From Candidatus Bipolaricaulota bacterium (GTDB taxonomy: Bacteria; Bipolaricaulota; Bipolaricaulia; RBG-16-55-9): 64,000 nucleotides of DNA. The notes under the pieces are model-generated. The model searched no databases. It was given only the letters and a program-made list of their open reading frames with translations, and was not told where the DNA came from. A program made the position numbers and the translations under genes. Of this stretch, positions 9,564 through 18,563 are shown piece after piece (position 1 is the stretch's first letter; each line of letters begins with the position of its first letter). The stretch is from assembly GCA_026982655.1 (NCBI GenBank), contig JALSGO010000083.1:30-64029 (forward strand). Direction: 5' to 3'.

Positions 9564-10510
9564 CAAGGACTTCCCCCTTTCCTCCGCTCCGGTAAAGGAA
9601 GCGTCTTCCTCAAGAACGTCACGACGAGCTGGGTGGCGGGATCCTCCCTCCGGCCCAGGAACGCTACGATCGACCCGTGGTCCCGATCCGGGACCTCGGA
9701 GAGGTCCGCGTCCGCTCCTTGGGCGAGGAGGGCGCGATAGAAGACCTGCGCTTGGTGGCCCAACGTGGGGATATCGTACTGAGCGTACAAGATGAGAAAG
9801 GGAAACGGGGGAGGGTCGCCCTCCCGAGCGTACGTGAGGGGGGAAGCGTCTCGCCGGCGTTCGGGGTCGTTCCCGAAGACCTCGGCAAACCCGGGGACGG
9901 CGTTGAGGTCGTAGACGCCGCTGATGGGGATCACGCCGTCGAGGATCCGGGGGGAGAGCCCCTGCTCGCGGAGGTAGCGGTCGTCGAGGGCCAGCAGCGC
10001 GACGAGATGCCCCCCGGCCGAGTGGCCCATGAGGACGATCCGTTCGGGGTCTCCGCCGTAGTCGGCGATGCGGTTGTAGGTCCAGGCCACGGCGCGGGCG
10101 ACGTCCCGGACGTGCACCGGGTGCTGCACCTCGGGGCTCAGGCGGTAGTTGGGGATCACGGTCACGTACCCCTGGGAGGCGAAGGCATTCCCCAGGTAGC
10201 CATAGGTGCCCTTGTCGCCGCTCGTCCACCCCCCGCCGTGGACGAAGAGGAGCACCGGGGCCGCCTCCGCCCCCCGGAGGCGGTAGAGGTCCAGCGCGTT
10301 GCGCCGGGGATCCGCTCCGAACCCCTCGAAGTAGGGAAGGTCTTGGAGGACCTCTACCGCCGTCTCGGGCGAAAGGGGCTGTGCGTAAGGGATCAGCCCT
10401 CCCAGCAAGAGCAGAACCCAAGCTGCTCCTAGGTCCTGAAGCGTTCGGTGCCCACGCCGATCCCGATCCCGAGAGCGGTGCCGTCTCGGTCGTGCTGGGC
10501 GATCGATCAT
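9563..10510 (-). CDS. Secreted alpha/beta hydrolase, HGGG-motif esterase/lipase family (paralog A)
   Basis: LLFVHGGGWTSGDK oxyanion motif; GHSAGGHL nucleophile elbow; N-terminal hydrophobic signal; GGAGG RBS; the alternative upstream Met would overlap the neighbouring gene. Confidence 0.8.
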   Translation of the reverse strand: MIDRPARPRRHRSRDRDRRGHRTLQDLGAAWVLLLLGGLIPYAQPLSPETAVEVLQDLPYFEGFGADPRRNALDLYRLRGAEAAPVLLFVHGGGWTSGDKGTYGYLGNAFASQGYVTVIPNYRLSPEVQHPVHVRDVARAVAWTYNRIADYGGDPERIVLMGHSAGGHLVALLALDDRYLREQGLSPRILDGVIPISGVYDLNAVPGFAEVFGNDPERRRDASPLTYAREGDPPPFPFLILYAQYDIPTLGHQAQVFYRALLAQGADADLSEVPDRDHGSIVAFLGRREDPATQLVVTFLRKTLPLPERRKGGSP

Positions 10511-10529
10511 GAGGGACCTCCTCGGGAGG

Positions 10530-11945
10530 TCAAAACTCCTCCCATACAAGGTCGGTCACCACAGGGAGGCCGTTCTCCAAGCGCTTGACCTCCGCGCGCT
10601 GGATGCGAACGCGAACCTCACCCGTCTGCGAGTCCCAGTCCAGAAGCTTGCGGTAGGCGTACGGGAACCCCCGGAAGAGCCGAACCACGAAGGCGATCTT
10701 CTCGCGCAAGACCGTCTTGCCCGTGAGCGATTCGATGCGCTGCGCTCGGCTCACCATCGCGGGGGTGTCTCGGGTGTACGCTTCGAAGGTCGAGGCGAAA
10801 TCTTCGAAGCGATTGACCATGGCGTAGTGGAGGATCCCTGCCCGGCGGGCTCCGGCATCGGCGTCTTGGATGGGATAGCGATCGGAGTCCTCGCCTGAGC
10901 GCCGATGGAGCTGTATCCAGCGCTGCTGCTCCGAGGGGGTGAAGAGGCGATCCTGGAGGACGTGGCCGATCTCGTGATAGGTGGTCTCGGCAAAGGCCTT
11001 GAGGTGCCGGAGGTTGGCGAAGAGCCGTACGGTGCCCACCCCTGTGTACATGCCGGCGATCTCTTCGCTCTCCGGCATGCGGATGAACTGTGCGATCGGG
11101 TTGCGTAAGGGGTCCGGCAGGCTGCGGAGGACGGCCAGCAGGATCGCGCAGTAGGGCTCCGTCAGCGGCTCGGCCCCCTCCCGCTCGCCGATGAAGAGGA
11201 GGAACTCCTCAAAGATCCGGGTGCAGCTCTCCTCCGGCTGGGGAGGAGGGGCGGCAAAGAGGTCCACCGTGTCCCCTTCTCGGACGGCAAGCACCGCGAT
11301 GTCGTACGCTTGGCCCGCGCTGCGGTTGTCCCAACCGCGGGAAGTCGACCGTTCGTCCACATAGATCCCCCAGGAGCGGATCCTCTGCAGGGAGGTTTCC
11401 CAGTTGTAGAAGGCGGCATTTCCCGCGAGGTCCACGTCTTGGGAGTTAAGGACGAAGAACCCTCCTTCCCGGTTCCTCTCCGCCGTGTTGTCGCGGAGAC
11501 GCACCCGCTGTGAGTCGACGACCTGGAAGCCCCGATCGCTGCCCGTGACCCGGCAGGCCTCCACGGTGACGTTCGCAACCCGCTCCAGCAGGATCCCTAC
11601 CTCCCGGGCGTTGAGCACCTCACAGCGGCGTAGGATCACATACGCATCCGTGTCGGAGAGGTGAACCCCCACGGAGGCTTCGGAGGCGTCGATGCGCCAA
11701 CCTTCGATCACGTAGGGATCCCTTTCGGTGCCCGATCCCCGCAGCACGCCGTTTCTCCCCGTGAACTCTTCGTTCCCTCGGATGACGATGGGCGCGTGGG
11801 ACCGGAGAGGGCGCTCCTCCCGAGCTTGGGCCCAGACCGAGGAGCCCAAGTCCTCGGCCGGGAGGGCCAGGATTCCCACTAGCAAAGCTCCCCACAGGAA
11901 CGCCCGGATCGTGGCCATCCCTCGGGGCTTCTCCTCCTGCAGCAT
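10530..11945 (-). CDS. Secreted protein with right-handed beta-helix (pectate-lyase/NosD-like) repeats and a C-terminal HEXXH zinc-metallopeptidase-like motif (HEIGH)
   Basis: Signal peptide MATIRAFLWGALLVGILALPAEDLG; repeated ...VxxCxV / NAxERNREGGFFV beta-helix-like segments; TTYHEIGHVLQD. Confidence 0.55.
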   Translation of the reverse strand: MLQEEKPRGMATIRAFLWGALLVGILALPAEDLGSSVWAQAREERPLRSHAPIVIRGNEEFTGRNGVLRGSGTERDPYVIEGWRIDASEASVGVHLSDTDAYVILRRCEVLNAREVGILLERVANVTVEACRVTGSDRGFQVVDSQRVRLRDNTAERNREGGFFVLNSQDVDLAGNAAFYNWETSLQRIRSWGIYVDERSTSRGWDNRSAGQAYDIAVLAVREGDTVDLFAAPPPQPEESCTRIFEEFLLFIGEREGAEPLTEPYCAILLAVLRSLPDPLRNPIAQFIRMPESEEIAGMYTGVGTVRLFANLRHLKAFAETTYHEIGHVLQDRLFTPSEQQRWIQLHRRSGEDSDRYPIQDADAGARRAGILHYAMVNRFEDFASTFEAYTRDTPAMVSRAQRIESLTGKTVLREKIAFVVRLFRGFPYAYRKLLDWDSQTGEVRVRIQRAEVKRLENGLPVVTDLVWEEF

Positions 11946-12153
11946 GCGGTGCTCCTCCTCCTTGCTTGCGTCGCCGGAAGTTGAAACAGGGGCGCTGCGG
12001 TAGATTCTGCCCTCCCAAGGGAGCGCACGCAACCCGTACCCTCCCCCCGGGGGGGCCAGGCTGTCGCGGGCGAGGCAGCCGTCCTTGTCTGCTCGACAAA
12101 GGTCGGGTATACCCAATCATCCGGTGGAACGGGCAAGGAAGGGAGGCGTCTCA

Positions 12154-12585
12154 ATGCTGGCTAAAGTGTTTGGGCAACCCGACGACGTAGCGTTGTTTCT
12201 CGGGCGGGTCATCCTCGGGGTGATCTTCTTTGCCCACGGGTATCAGAAGTTCTTCGACATCGGGGTGGAGAACGTCGCGTCCTTCTTCGCATCGATAGGG
12301 ATTCCGGCCCCCCTGTTCTTTGCCTGGGGGGTCTCGTTGGTGGAGCTCCTGGGCGGAGCGGCGCTGGTGGTGGGGGTCTTTACCCGCTGGGCGGCGTTGG
12401 GCGTTGCGATCATCCTGGTGGTGGCTACCCTCACCGTGAAGTTGCCTGTGGGACTCATCGCGCCCCCGGGGAAGGGAGCCGGCTACGAGCTCGACCTGGC
12501 CCTTTTGGGGCTGGCTTTGATCTTCCTCCTCGTCGGGCCCGGGCGCCTCTCTCTGGAGAAGGGCGTGCTCCGGAGGGAGATGTAG
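12154..12585 (+). CDS. DoxX family membrane protein
   Basis: MLAKVFGQ...FLGRVILGVIFFAHGYQKF... DoxX signature, four TM segments; AAGGAAGGGAGG RBS. Confidence 0.8.
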   Translation: MLAKVFGQPDDVALFLGRVILGVIFFAHGYQKFFDIGVENVASFFASIGIPAPLFFAWGVSLVELLGGAALVVGVFTRWAALGVAIILVVATLTVKLPVGLIAPPGKGAGYELDLALLGLALIFLLVGPGRLSLEKGVLRREM

Positions 12586-12599
12586 CCTCCCTCGGGTCC

Positions 12600-12628
12600 T
12601 TGCCGGACGGAAGGGGCTCCGGTATGCT
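12600..12628 (+). promoter_or_regulatory. Sigma-70-type promoter for the sigma factor gene (TTGCCG - 17 nt - TATGCT)
   Basis: Hexamers and spacing read directly from the sequence; leaves a 5' UTR of about 165 nt. Confidence 0.45.
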
Positions 12629-12755
12629 GAACGGGGTCGGCTCGAGAGGCCCTGCCCGACTCGGCGGTGCGACGGATGCCAGGCTGGGGAGGGGGGAGGA
12701 GGGGAGCCCTTTCAGCAAGACCGACGTCGATACGGGACCGGGGGAGGATCGGATC

Positions 12756-12779
12756 GAAGGGGTGGGAGAAGGGGTGGGA
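12756..12779 (+). repeat. Tandem direct repeat 2 x GAAGGGGTGGGA in the sigma-factor 5' UTR
   Basis: Exact 12-nt duplication 17 nt upstream of the start codon; contains the GGGGTGGGA half-site of the palindromes found in the copper island. Confidence 0.8.
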
Positions 12780-12795
12780 TAGGAGAGGCAGGATC

Positions 12796-13866
12796 ATGCG
12801 GGAACGGAGATCGGAAGAGATCGAGGAGAGCCGGAGCGAGAGGGAAGCGGCAGCAGAAGCCGGAGCAGGCGCGGAGGAGGCTTTTGTCTCCTCGGGGTCT
12901 GACCTCGCCCCCGACCCCGATCCTGCCCTGGAGGGGAGCTGGGGCCCCTTGGGGGAGTGGGAAGAGGGAGAAGGGGAAGGGGATCGAGCCGAGGAGGGGA
13001 GCGCCCCGCCTGCGGAAGGAGGATCGGGAGGCCGGGAGGATCCGATCCAAACCTACCTCCGGGAGATCGGCCGCATCCCGCTGCTGACGGCGGAGGAGGA
13101 GAAGGAGTTGGCCCGTCGCGCCCGTGCCGGGGACGAGGAAGCCAAGGCGAAGCTCGCCGCGGCCAACCTGCGCCTGGTGGTCTCCATCGCCAAGCGCTAC
13201 ACCGGACTGGGGCTCCCCCTGCTCGATTTGATCCAAGAGGGGAACGTGGGCCTGATGCGGGCCGTAGAGAAGTTTGACCCCGAGCGGGGATACAAGTTCA
13301 GCACCTACGCCACGTGGTGGATTCGTCAGGCCATCACGCGGGCCCTAACGCAGACTGCTCGATCCATCCGCCTCCCGGAGTCCCTCCTGCAGCGGTTGCG
13401 CAAGATCCAGGAAGCCGAGTCGGAGTGGCTCCAGGAGTACGGCGAGCTCCCCACGGACGAGGAGCTGGCGGAAGTGCTGGGGATGCCCGTTGAACAGATC
13501 CAAGAGGCCCGTCAGGCCCCGCAGTACACCCCCTCCCTCGATCAGCCCTTGGACGAAGAGGAGGACGGGGACGAGCTGGAGCAGCTCATCGGCAACGGGA
13601 GCCTCCCCTCCCCGCTGCGCACCGCCTTGAAGGAGCTGCGTCGCGAGGAGCTGCTCAAAGCTTTGGAATCGTTGAGTGAACGGGAGCGCAAGGTCCTCTC
13701 GCTGCGGTACGGTCTGGAGGACGACCAGCCCCGCACCCTCGAGGAGACCGGACGCATCCTGGGGATCAGCCGCGAGCGGGTCCGCCAGATCCAGAACGAA
13801 GCGCTGGAGAAGCTGCGCCAGCCCAAGATCCGCAAACGCTTGGAGAAGTTCCTCGACTTCACGTGA
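12796..13866 (+). CDS. RNA polymerase sigma factor, sigma-70 family (RpoD/SigA-like; regions 1.2-4 present, acidic N-terminus)
   Basis: [17 protein letters not shown] (region 1.2), [37 protein letters not shown] (2.2-2.4), [29 protein letters not shown] (4.2). Confidence 0.9.
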   Translation: MRERRSEEIEESRSEREAAAEAGAGAEEAFVSSGSDLAPDPDPALEGSWGPLGEWEEGEGEGDRAEEGSAPPAEGGSGGREDPIQTYLREIGRIPLLTAEEEKELARRARAGDEEAKAKLAAANLRLVVSIAKRYTGLGLPLLDLIQEGNVGLMRAVEKFDPERGYKFSTYATWWIRQAITRALTQTARSIRLPESLLQRLRKIQEAESEWLQEYGELPTDEELAEVLGMPVEQIQEARQAPQYTPSLDQPLDEEEDGDELEQLIGNGSLPSPLRTALKELRREELLKALESLSERERKVLSLRYGLEDDQPRTLEETGRILGISRERVRQIQNEALEKLRQPKIRKRLEKFLDFT

Positions 13867-13967
13867 GGGGCGACGCTCCGGCCCCAGGCGCGGCGGAAAG
13901 CGAATCCCCTCCCTGGCGCCCTGAGGATGGAGGCCTCGAAATCCCATCCTCTCCTTCCCTGTGTCCG

Positions 13968-13996
13968 TTGCCCCCGGACAGGTGCTCTGCTATACT
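13968..13996 (+). promoter_or_regulatory. Sigma-70-type promoter upstream of ferredoxin (TTGCCC - 17 nt - TATACT)
   Basis: Read from sequence; about 110 nt upstream of the fdx start. Confidence 0.45.
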
Positions 13997-14107
13997 CCGT
14001 CTAACCGTGTCGTACCGTGACGTGCGTGCTGCACCGAAGGGCGTCGGGCGGAGACCCGGAGTGCAAGACGAAGGAGAAGGAGTAGTAAAGGGAGAAGGAG
14101 GAAGCGT

Positions 14108-14368
14108 ATGGCCTTTGTCATCGCGGAGCCCTGTGTGAACACCAAGTCGGGCGAGTGCCTCCAAGTCTGTCCGGTGGATTGCATCCACCCGCGTCCGGAT
14201 GAGCCCGGATACGACGAGGCCCCCCAGCTGTACATCGACCCACAGACCTGCATCAACTGCGGCGCGTGCGCGTCCGTCTGCCCGGTGGAGGCGATCTTCC
14301 CCGAGGAGGACCTCCCCGAGGAGTGGCGCAAGTACATCGAGATCAACGCGCAGTACTATCAGAAGTGA
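14108..14368 (+). CDS. Ferredoxin, 7Fe type ([3Fe-4S][4Fe-4S])
   Basis: CVNTKSGECLQVCPVDCIH ... CINCGACASVCPVEAI; GGAGAAGGAGG RBS. Confidence 0.9.
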   Translation: MAFVIAEPCVNTKSGECLQVCPVDCIHPRPDEPGYDEAPQLYIDPQTCINCGACASVCPVEAIFPEEDLPEEWRKYIEINAQYYQK

Positions 14369-14437
14369 CCCGCACGGAACGGAACGGGTCGTCTCCGCCT
14401 CCTCCAGGCCGTTCGGCGGTCCTGAAGGGCTTTCCTT

Positions 14438-15256
14438 TCAAGGGTCGAGGGCCGGATCCTTGGGAGGGCTCTGCCCCGTTCGGGGGACGAAGAGACGGAT
14501 CAACCCCATCCCGGCCAGGAATCCCCCGATATGGGCGATCCAAGCGACCCCGCCGCCGGCTCCGGATCCGGCCAGGGAAGCGTTCAGGAGCTGGAACAGG
14601 AACCAAAAGCCCAGGAAATACAGAGCCGGAAGCCGGAGGAGGCGCACGAAGTAGAAGAACCACAAGAGGGTGAGGACCCTTCCCCGAGGGTAGAGGACTA
14701 GGTAGGCCCCCAGCACGCCGGAGACGGCTCCCGAGGCACCGATCATCGGCACCGTCGAAGTAGGGTCTGCGGCGATCTGCGCTCCGGCGGCCGCCAATCC
14801 GCTTAGGAGATAGAAGAGAACAAAGCGAACCTTCCCCATCGCGTCTTCCACGTTGTCTGCAAAGACCCAAAGGTACCACATGTTCCCCACCAGATGGAGT
14901 ATGCTTCCGTGAAGAAACATAGAGGTGAATAGAGTCATCCAGAGGGGGAACTCGACGGGCGGGAAGGGCGAACAGCTCCCCAGCACCTCGCAGGGGGAGA
15001 GGCCGTAGGTGTAGAGGAAGAGCATCTCTCGGCTGAGATAAGCACCATGCCCTCCTCCGAGCTCAACCCAAACCCTACGATCGCCCAGGAGAAAGGCCTG
15101 ATAGAGGTAGATGAGGACGTCGATCGCGATGATCGTGACGGTCACCCCGGGGAAGGTGCGGCTGGGCCGGTAATCGCGCAGGGGGAAGAACACCGAGCAT
15201 CGCCTCGCTCTCCGGAAAGTCGGGCCCACTCTACCGCTTGGGGGAAAGCGCTGCAA
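14438..15256 (-). CDS. Rhomboid family intramembrane serine protease
   Basis: GASGAVSGVLGAY (GxSG catalytic Ser) and a downstream His in the TM region; multiple TM helices. Confidence 0.75.
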   Translation of the reverse strand: MQRFPPSGRVGPTFRRARRCSVFFPLRDYRPSRTFPGVTVTIIAIDVLIYLYQAFLLGDRRVWVELGGGHGAYLSREMLFLYTYGLSPCEVLGSCSPFPPVEFPLWMTLFTSMFLHGSILHLVGNMWYLWVFADNVEDAMGKVRFVLFYLLSGLAAAGAQIAADPTSTVPMIGASGAVSGVLGAYLVLYPRGRVLTLLWFFYFVRLLRLPALYFLGFWFLFQLLNASLAGSGAGGGVAWIAHIGGFLAGMGLIRLFVPRTGQSPPKDPALDP

Positions 15257-15303
15257 CTCCGCTCCGTTTGAGTTCGCGGAGGCGCGGGCCTACAATGATA
15301 ACG

Positions 15304-15702
15304 ATGCGCTCCTCAAAGCTTCTTGCGTTCTTCGCGCGCTGGGTGGCCGGGACCCTGGCCATCTACGCCGTGGCTTGGCTTCTGCCGGGCATCGTGGTGG
15401 AGGACTTCGCCGCGGCGATCTGGGCCGGGCTGGCGTTGGGGCTCCTCAACGCTTTCCTACGCCCGCTGTTGATCTTCTTCACCCTCCCGGCCACGATCGT
15501 GACGTTGGGGCTGTTTATCCTGGTGATCAACGCGTTCATCCTCTATTTGGTGGGGGAGCTGGTGGCGGGCGTGGAGATCCGCGGCTTCGGCTCCGCGTTC
15601 CTGGGGGCGCTCCTCATCAGCCTCCTGAGCAGCGTCCTCTACGCCCTCATCGGACCGGAAGAATATCGTGTGCGGGTGGAACTTCGACGGGGACCCCGAT
15701 GA
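15304..15702 (+). CDS. Phage-holin family / DUF360 small membrane protein
   Basis: About 130 aa, three or four TM helices, LVINAFILYLVGELV... pattern typical of DUF360. Confidence 0.55.
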   Translation: MRSSKLLAFFARWVAGTLAIYAVAWLLPGIVVEDFAAAIWAGLALGLLNAFLRPLLIFFTLPATIVTLGLFILVINAFILYLVGELVAGVEIRGFGSAFLGALLISLLSSVLYALIGPEEYRVRVELRRGPR

Positions 15703-15977
15703 AGAGGAAGACGAGGGTGAAGGTCTTCTCCCTTCGGCGCTATGTCGAGGAAGCGCTGAAAAGGGCTTGCTACGAGGTCGACGAGAACGGCGTGGTGATC
15801 GCCAAGGTGCCGGATGCGTCCGGGTTCTTCGCCCAAGGGGAGACGTTCGAGGAGGCCCGGGAGAACCTGCGCGACGTCATTGAGGGAAACGTCATACTGG
15901 CCTTGCAGTTGGGGCTGGAGATCCCCCAGGTCTCCGGCGTCAAGATCGAAGAGCGCGAGGTTCCTATCGAGTCGTGA
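15699..15977 (+). CDS. hicB: HicB-like antitoxin (UPF0150 domain, no DNA-binding extension)
   Basis: 93 aa; ...ACYEVDENGVVIAKVPDASGFFAQGETFEEARENLRDVIEG... matches the HicB N-terminal domain consensus; start ATG overlaps the upstream stop. Confidence 0.6.
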   Translation: MKRKTRVKVFSLRRYVEEALKRACYEVDENGVVIAKVPDASGFFAQGETFEEARENLRDVIEGNVILALQLGLEIPQVSGVKIEEREVPIES

Positions 15978-15984
15978 GGGGCGG

Positions 15985-16209
15985 ATGGCCAAGCTCACCC
16001 CTCTCAAGCCCCGGCAGGTGATTCAAAAGCTGAGGAAGCTCGGCTACGTCGGTCCCTTCCCCGGCGGACGCCATCGCAGAATGGTACACCCGGAGTCGGG
16101 CAAGATCATTCCCATCCCCATGCACAGGGGGAAGGATGTGAGCGTAGGCCTCATCCGCGAGATCCTCCGCGAACTCGGCATCTCGCGTGAGGAGTGGCTG
16201 GACCTATAG
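15985..16209 (+). CDS. hicA: HicA-family mRNA interferase toxin (YcfA-like)
   Basis: 74 aa; RQVIQKLRKLGYVGPFPGGRHRRMVHP...IPIPMHRGKDVSVGLIREILRELGIS matches the HicA pattern; begins 8 nt after the hicB stop. Confidence 0.6.
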   Translation: MAKLTPLKPRQVIQKLRKLGYVGPFPGGRHRRMVHPESGKIIPIPMHRGKDVSVGLIREILRELGISREEWLDL

Positions 16210-16273
16210 CTTCTCCTTCCCTGCTTGCAAGGCGGCTGGCGGACCGGAAGGTCGCAGGCAGGAGGAACTGGAC

Positions 16274-17230
16274 CTATAGCTCCAGCTCCTTCCCCACCCC
16301 CTGCTCCCGGGCCTTCCGGAAGAGGTGTGCCCCTACGGCGACGTCCTCCAGCGCGATCCCCTGGGACTCGAAGAGGGTGATCTCCTCGGCCTGAAGCCTT
16401 CCGGGGACGATCCCCGCCACCACGTCCTTGAGCTCACGGACCTGCTCCCAGCGCAGCACCCCCCGTTCGACCGCGGGGAGGAGGTCCCCGCACTCGACCC
16501 GGGCCTGCTCGAGGTCGTCCACCACCACGCGATTCGCCCGGCGGACGGCCTCGGTGTCCAGCTCGCGCCGGAGCCAGTGGTTCGAGCCCGCCGCCAGCAC
16601 GCACGTCCCCGGGGCGAGCCACTCCCCCCGGAGGACGGGCTCACGGGCCGAGGTGATCGTGATCACGATGTCCGCGCCCTCCACGGCCTCCCGCGCGTCG
16701 TCCACGGGTCGGATCTCCACACCCAGATGTTGGCCCATGCGCTCGGCGAAGGCCCGGCGGCGCTCGGGGGTGCGGCTGTAGACCCGGACGCGCTCGACGG
16801 GGCGGACCCGGCAGACGGCCTCCAACTGGGTCTCCGCTTGGTAGCCCGCGCCCAGAAGGCCCACGACCCAGGAGTCCTCTCGGGCCAAGTATTTGGCGGC
16901 CACCCCGGAGGCCGCGCCCGTGCGCACCTGCCCCAGGCGGTCGGCCTCCATCAAGGCCAAGACCTCCCCGGTCTCCGCGCCGAAGAGCACCACGAGGAAG
17001 CGGGCCCGGTGGCCCGCGACGGTGGAGTAGGACTTAAAGCCCATCACGCGCTCGTCGAGGGCCGCCGCGGGCATCAGGTGCAGAAAGCCGTGGGGCACCC
17101 GCACGCGCATCCGGGGACGGTTCACCGCCCTCCCCTCCCCCCAGCTGCGAAACGCCTCCTCCACGGCTCGGAGGGCGTCGTCCAGGGTGAGCAGCCTCTC
17201 CACATCGGATTCTCGAAGGAAAAGGGCCAT
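16274..17230 (-). CDS. Ornithine cyclodeaminase / mu-crystallin family protein
   Basis: Full-length match to the OCD family pattern (VVGLLGAGYQAETQLEA..., ITITSAREPVL...). Confidence 0.85.
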   Translation of the reverse strand: MALFLRESDVERLLTLDDALRAVEEAFRSWGEGRAVNRPRMRVRVPHGFLHLMPAAALDERVMGFKSYSTVAGHRARFLVVLFGAETGEVLALMEADRLGQVRTGAASGVAAKYLAREDSWVVGLLGAGYQAETQLEAVCRVRPVERVRVYSRTPERRRAFAERMGQHLGVEIRPVDDAREAVEGADIVITITSAREPVLRGEWLAPGTCVLAAGSNHWLRRELDTEAVRRANRVVVDDLEQARVECGDLLPAVERGVLRWEQVRELKDVVAGIVPGRLQAEEITLFESQGIALEDVAVGAHLFRKAREQGVGKELEL

Positions 17231-17261
17231 GCGAGTCCTCCTTTCTCATCCCAAGCCTTAC

Positions 17262-18533
17262 TTACGGTTGCTTCCGTAGCGCGGGGAAGACCCACGCGCC
17301 CACGAGGCCCGAGAGCGCCCCGCCCGCGCCCGCCAGCCCGAAGAGCCACGGCGCCTCCAACGCCTCGCCCAAGGCCCCCGTAGCAAACGACGAGAGGGCC
17401 ATAAACCCCACCACGGTAAGGTTCACCAGCGCGAAGACCCGCCCCAGGCGCTCCGGGGGCACAAGTTCTTGAATGAGCGACGTTCGGGTCACGGTGATGA
17501 GCGGGATGAACAGCCCGTGAAACGCGATCAGCGCCAAGCTCAGCCCGTAGGAGCGCACGTCCCCGCTCAGAAACGCCAGAAAGGGCAAATAGGTCGCCCC
17601 GTCCATCGCGATCCCGAGCAGCAGCAACTTCCCCTTGGGGAGGCGCTTGCCGTAGCGGAGCATCCCCAGCGTCCCCAGGAGCCACCCCGCCGCCAGCGCC
17701 GCCTGGAAGAACGCCAGGTGTCGGGCCTCCAGCTCGAGGGTTTGCTTGACGAAGAGGTTGGCCCCCACCACCGCCGGGCCCATGATGAAGAGGTTATCGA
17801 TGGCCGTGAGCAGCAGCAGCCCCCGCAGCACGGGCGAGCCCCACGCATACCGCAGCCCCTCGACGGCCTCCCGCCACGCCGAGGGCACCTCTCGTCGACG
17901 GCTCCCCAGGGGCGGCTCGTCCACCCGGATGAGCCAGACGCACAGGAACGAGACGAAGAAGGTGAGCCCGTCCAGCACCAGAAGCCGGATCATCGGGAGC
18001 ACCTCGTCCTCGCCCGCGCCTCCTCCGCTTCCCGTCTGCACGCTGAGCAGAACCCCGGCCAAGAGCGTCCCCGTGATCATCGCCAGCTGCGTCGAGGTCT
18101 GGACCCAGGCGTTCGCCTGCACCAGGCGCTCCTTCCCTACTAAAGAGGGGATCAGCGCGTCGCGGGCCGGGTTGAAGAGCGTGGAGAACGTCGAGAGCAG
18201 GAACGCGATCGCTCCCAAGGAGACCCAGCTCAGCCACCCCAGCGCCCAGAGCAGGGGCACCGCAAAGAGCAGAAGCCCCCGGGCGGCGTCGGAGAGGAGC
18301 ATCATCGTCCGGCGGCGGTAGCGGTCCACCAACGATCCGGCCAGGAGCCCGAACAACAAGAAGGGCAGCGTCTCCAAGGTGCTGACCGTCCCGGCCTTGA
18401 GCGCGCCCTGGGCGGGCTCGATCGTGAGGATCAAGAAGAGGACCGTGGCCTGAAACAGGAAATCCCCCGTCTGGGAGATGAACTGCCCGGCCCAAAGCAG
18501 CACCAAATTGCGGCTCTCCCGGAGGGCGATCAT
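17262..18533 (-). CDS. MFS transporter (EntS/macrolide-efflux-like subfamily)
   Basis: 12 TM profile; N-terminal LLWAGQFISQTGDFLF...GLLAGSLVDRYRRR MFS motifs. Confidence 0.85.
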   Translation of the reverse strand: MIALRESRNLVLLWAGQFISQTGDFLFQATVLFLILTIEPAQGALKAGTVSTLETLPFLLFGLLAGSLVDRYRRRTMMLLSDAARGLLLFAVPLLWALGWLSWVSLGAIAFLLSTFSTLFNPARDALIPSLVGKERLVQANAWVQTSTQLAMITGTLLAGVLLSVQTGSGGGAGEDEVLPMIRLLVLDGLTFFVSFLCVWLIRVDEPPLGSRRREVPSAWREAVEGLRYAWGSPVLRGLLLLTAIDNLFIMGPAVVGANLFVKQTLELEARHLAFFQAALAAGWLLGTLGMLRYGKRLPKGKLLLLGIAMDGATYLPFLAFLSGDVRSYGLSLALIAFHGLFIPLITVTRTSLIQELVPPERLGRVFALVNLTVVGFMALSSFATGALGEALEAPWLFGLAGAGGALSGLVGAWVFPALRKQP

Positions 18534-18540
18534 CGATCTA

Positions 18541-18563
18541 GGATCTAGACGTTATCTAGACGT
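18541..18563. repeat. Tandem duplication of ATCTAGACGT (two TCTAGA palindromes) between the MFS start and the phosphoesterase stop
   Basis: Read from sequence; AT-rich in a GC-rich context; the second copy carries the stop codon of the downstream gene. Confidence 0.7.

Noticed and set aside
12038-12060. CCCCCCGGGGGGG palindrome between the beta-helix gene and doxX
   Set aside because: Short homopolymeric C6G7 strings are expected in this base composition, and there is no flanking promoter-like context.
15304-16209. Prophage remnant (phage-holin-family DUF360 protein plus toxin-antitoxin)
   Set aside because: No integrase, terminase, capsid, tail or att-like repeats occur anywhere in the window. 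DUF360 proteins are common chromosomal membrane proteins.
16198-16275. 14-bp direct repeat CTGGACCTATAGCT at 16198 and 16262, considered as a target-site duplication for insertion of the hicBA cassette
   Set aside because: The two copies flank only the 50-nt convergent intergenic region, not the toxin-antitoxin module. Each is the last five codons plus TAG of a gene (..LDL* / ..LEL*). It is probably coincidental or a shared terminator context.
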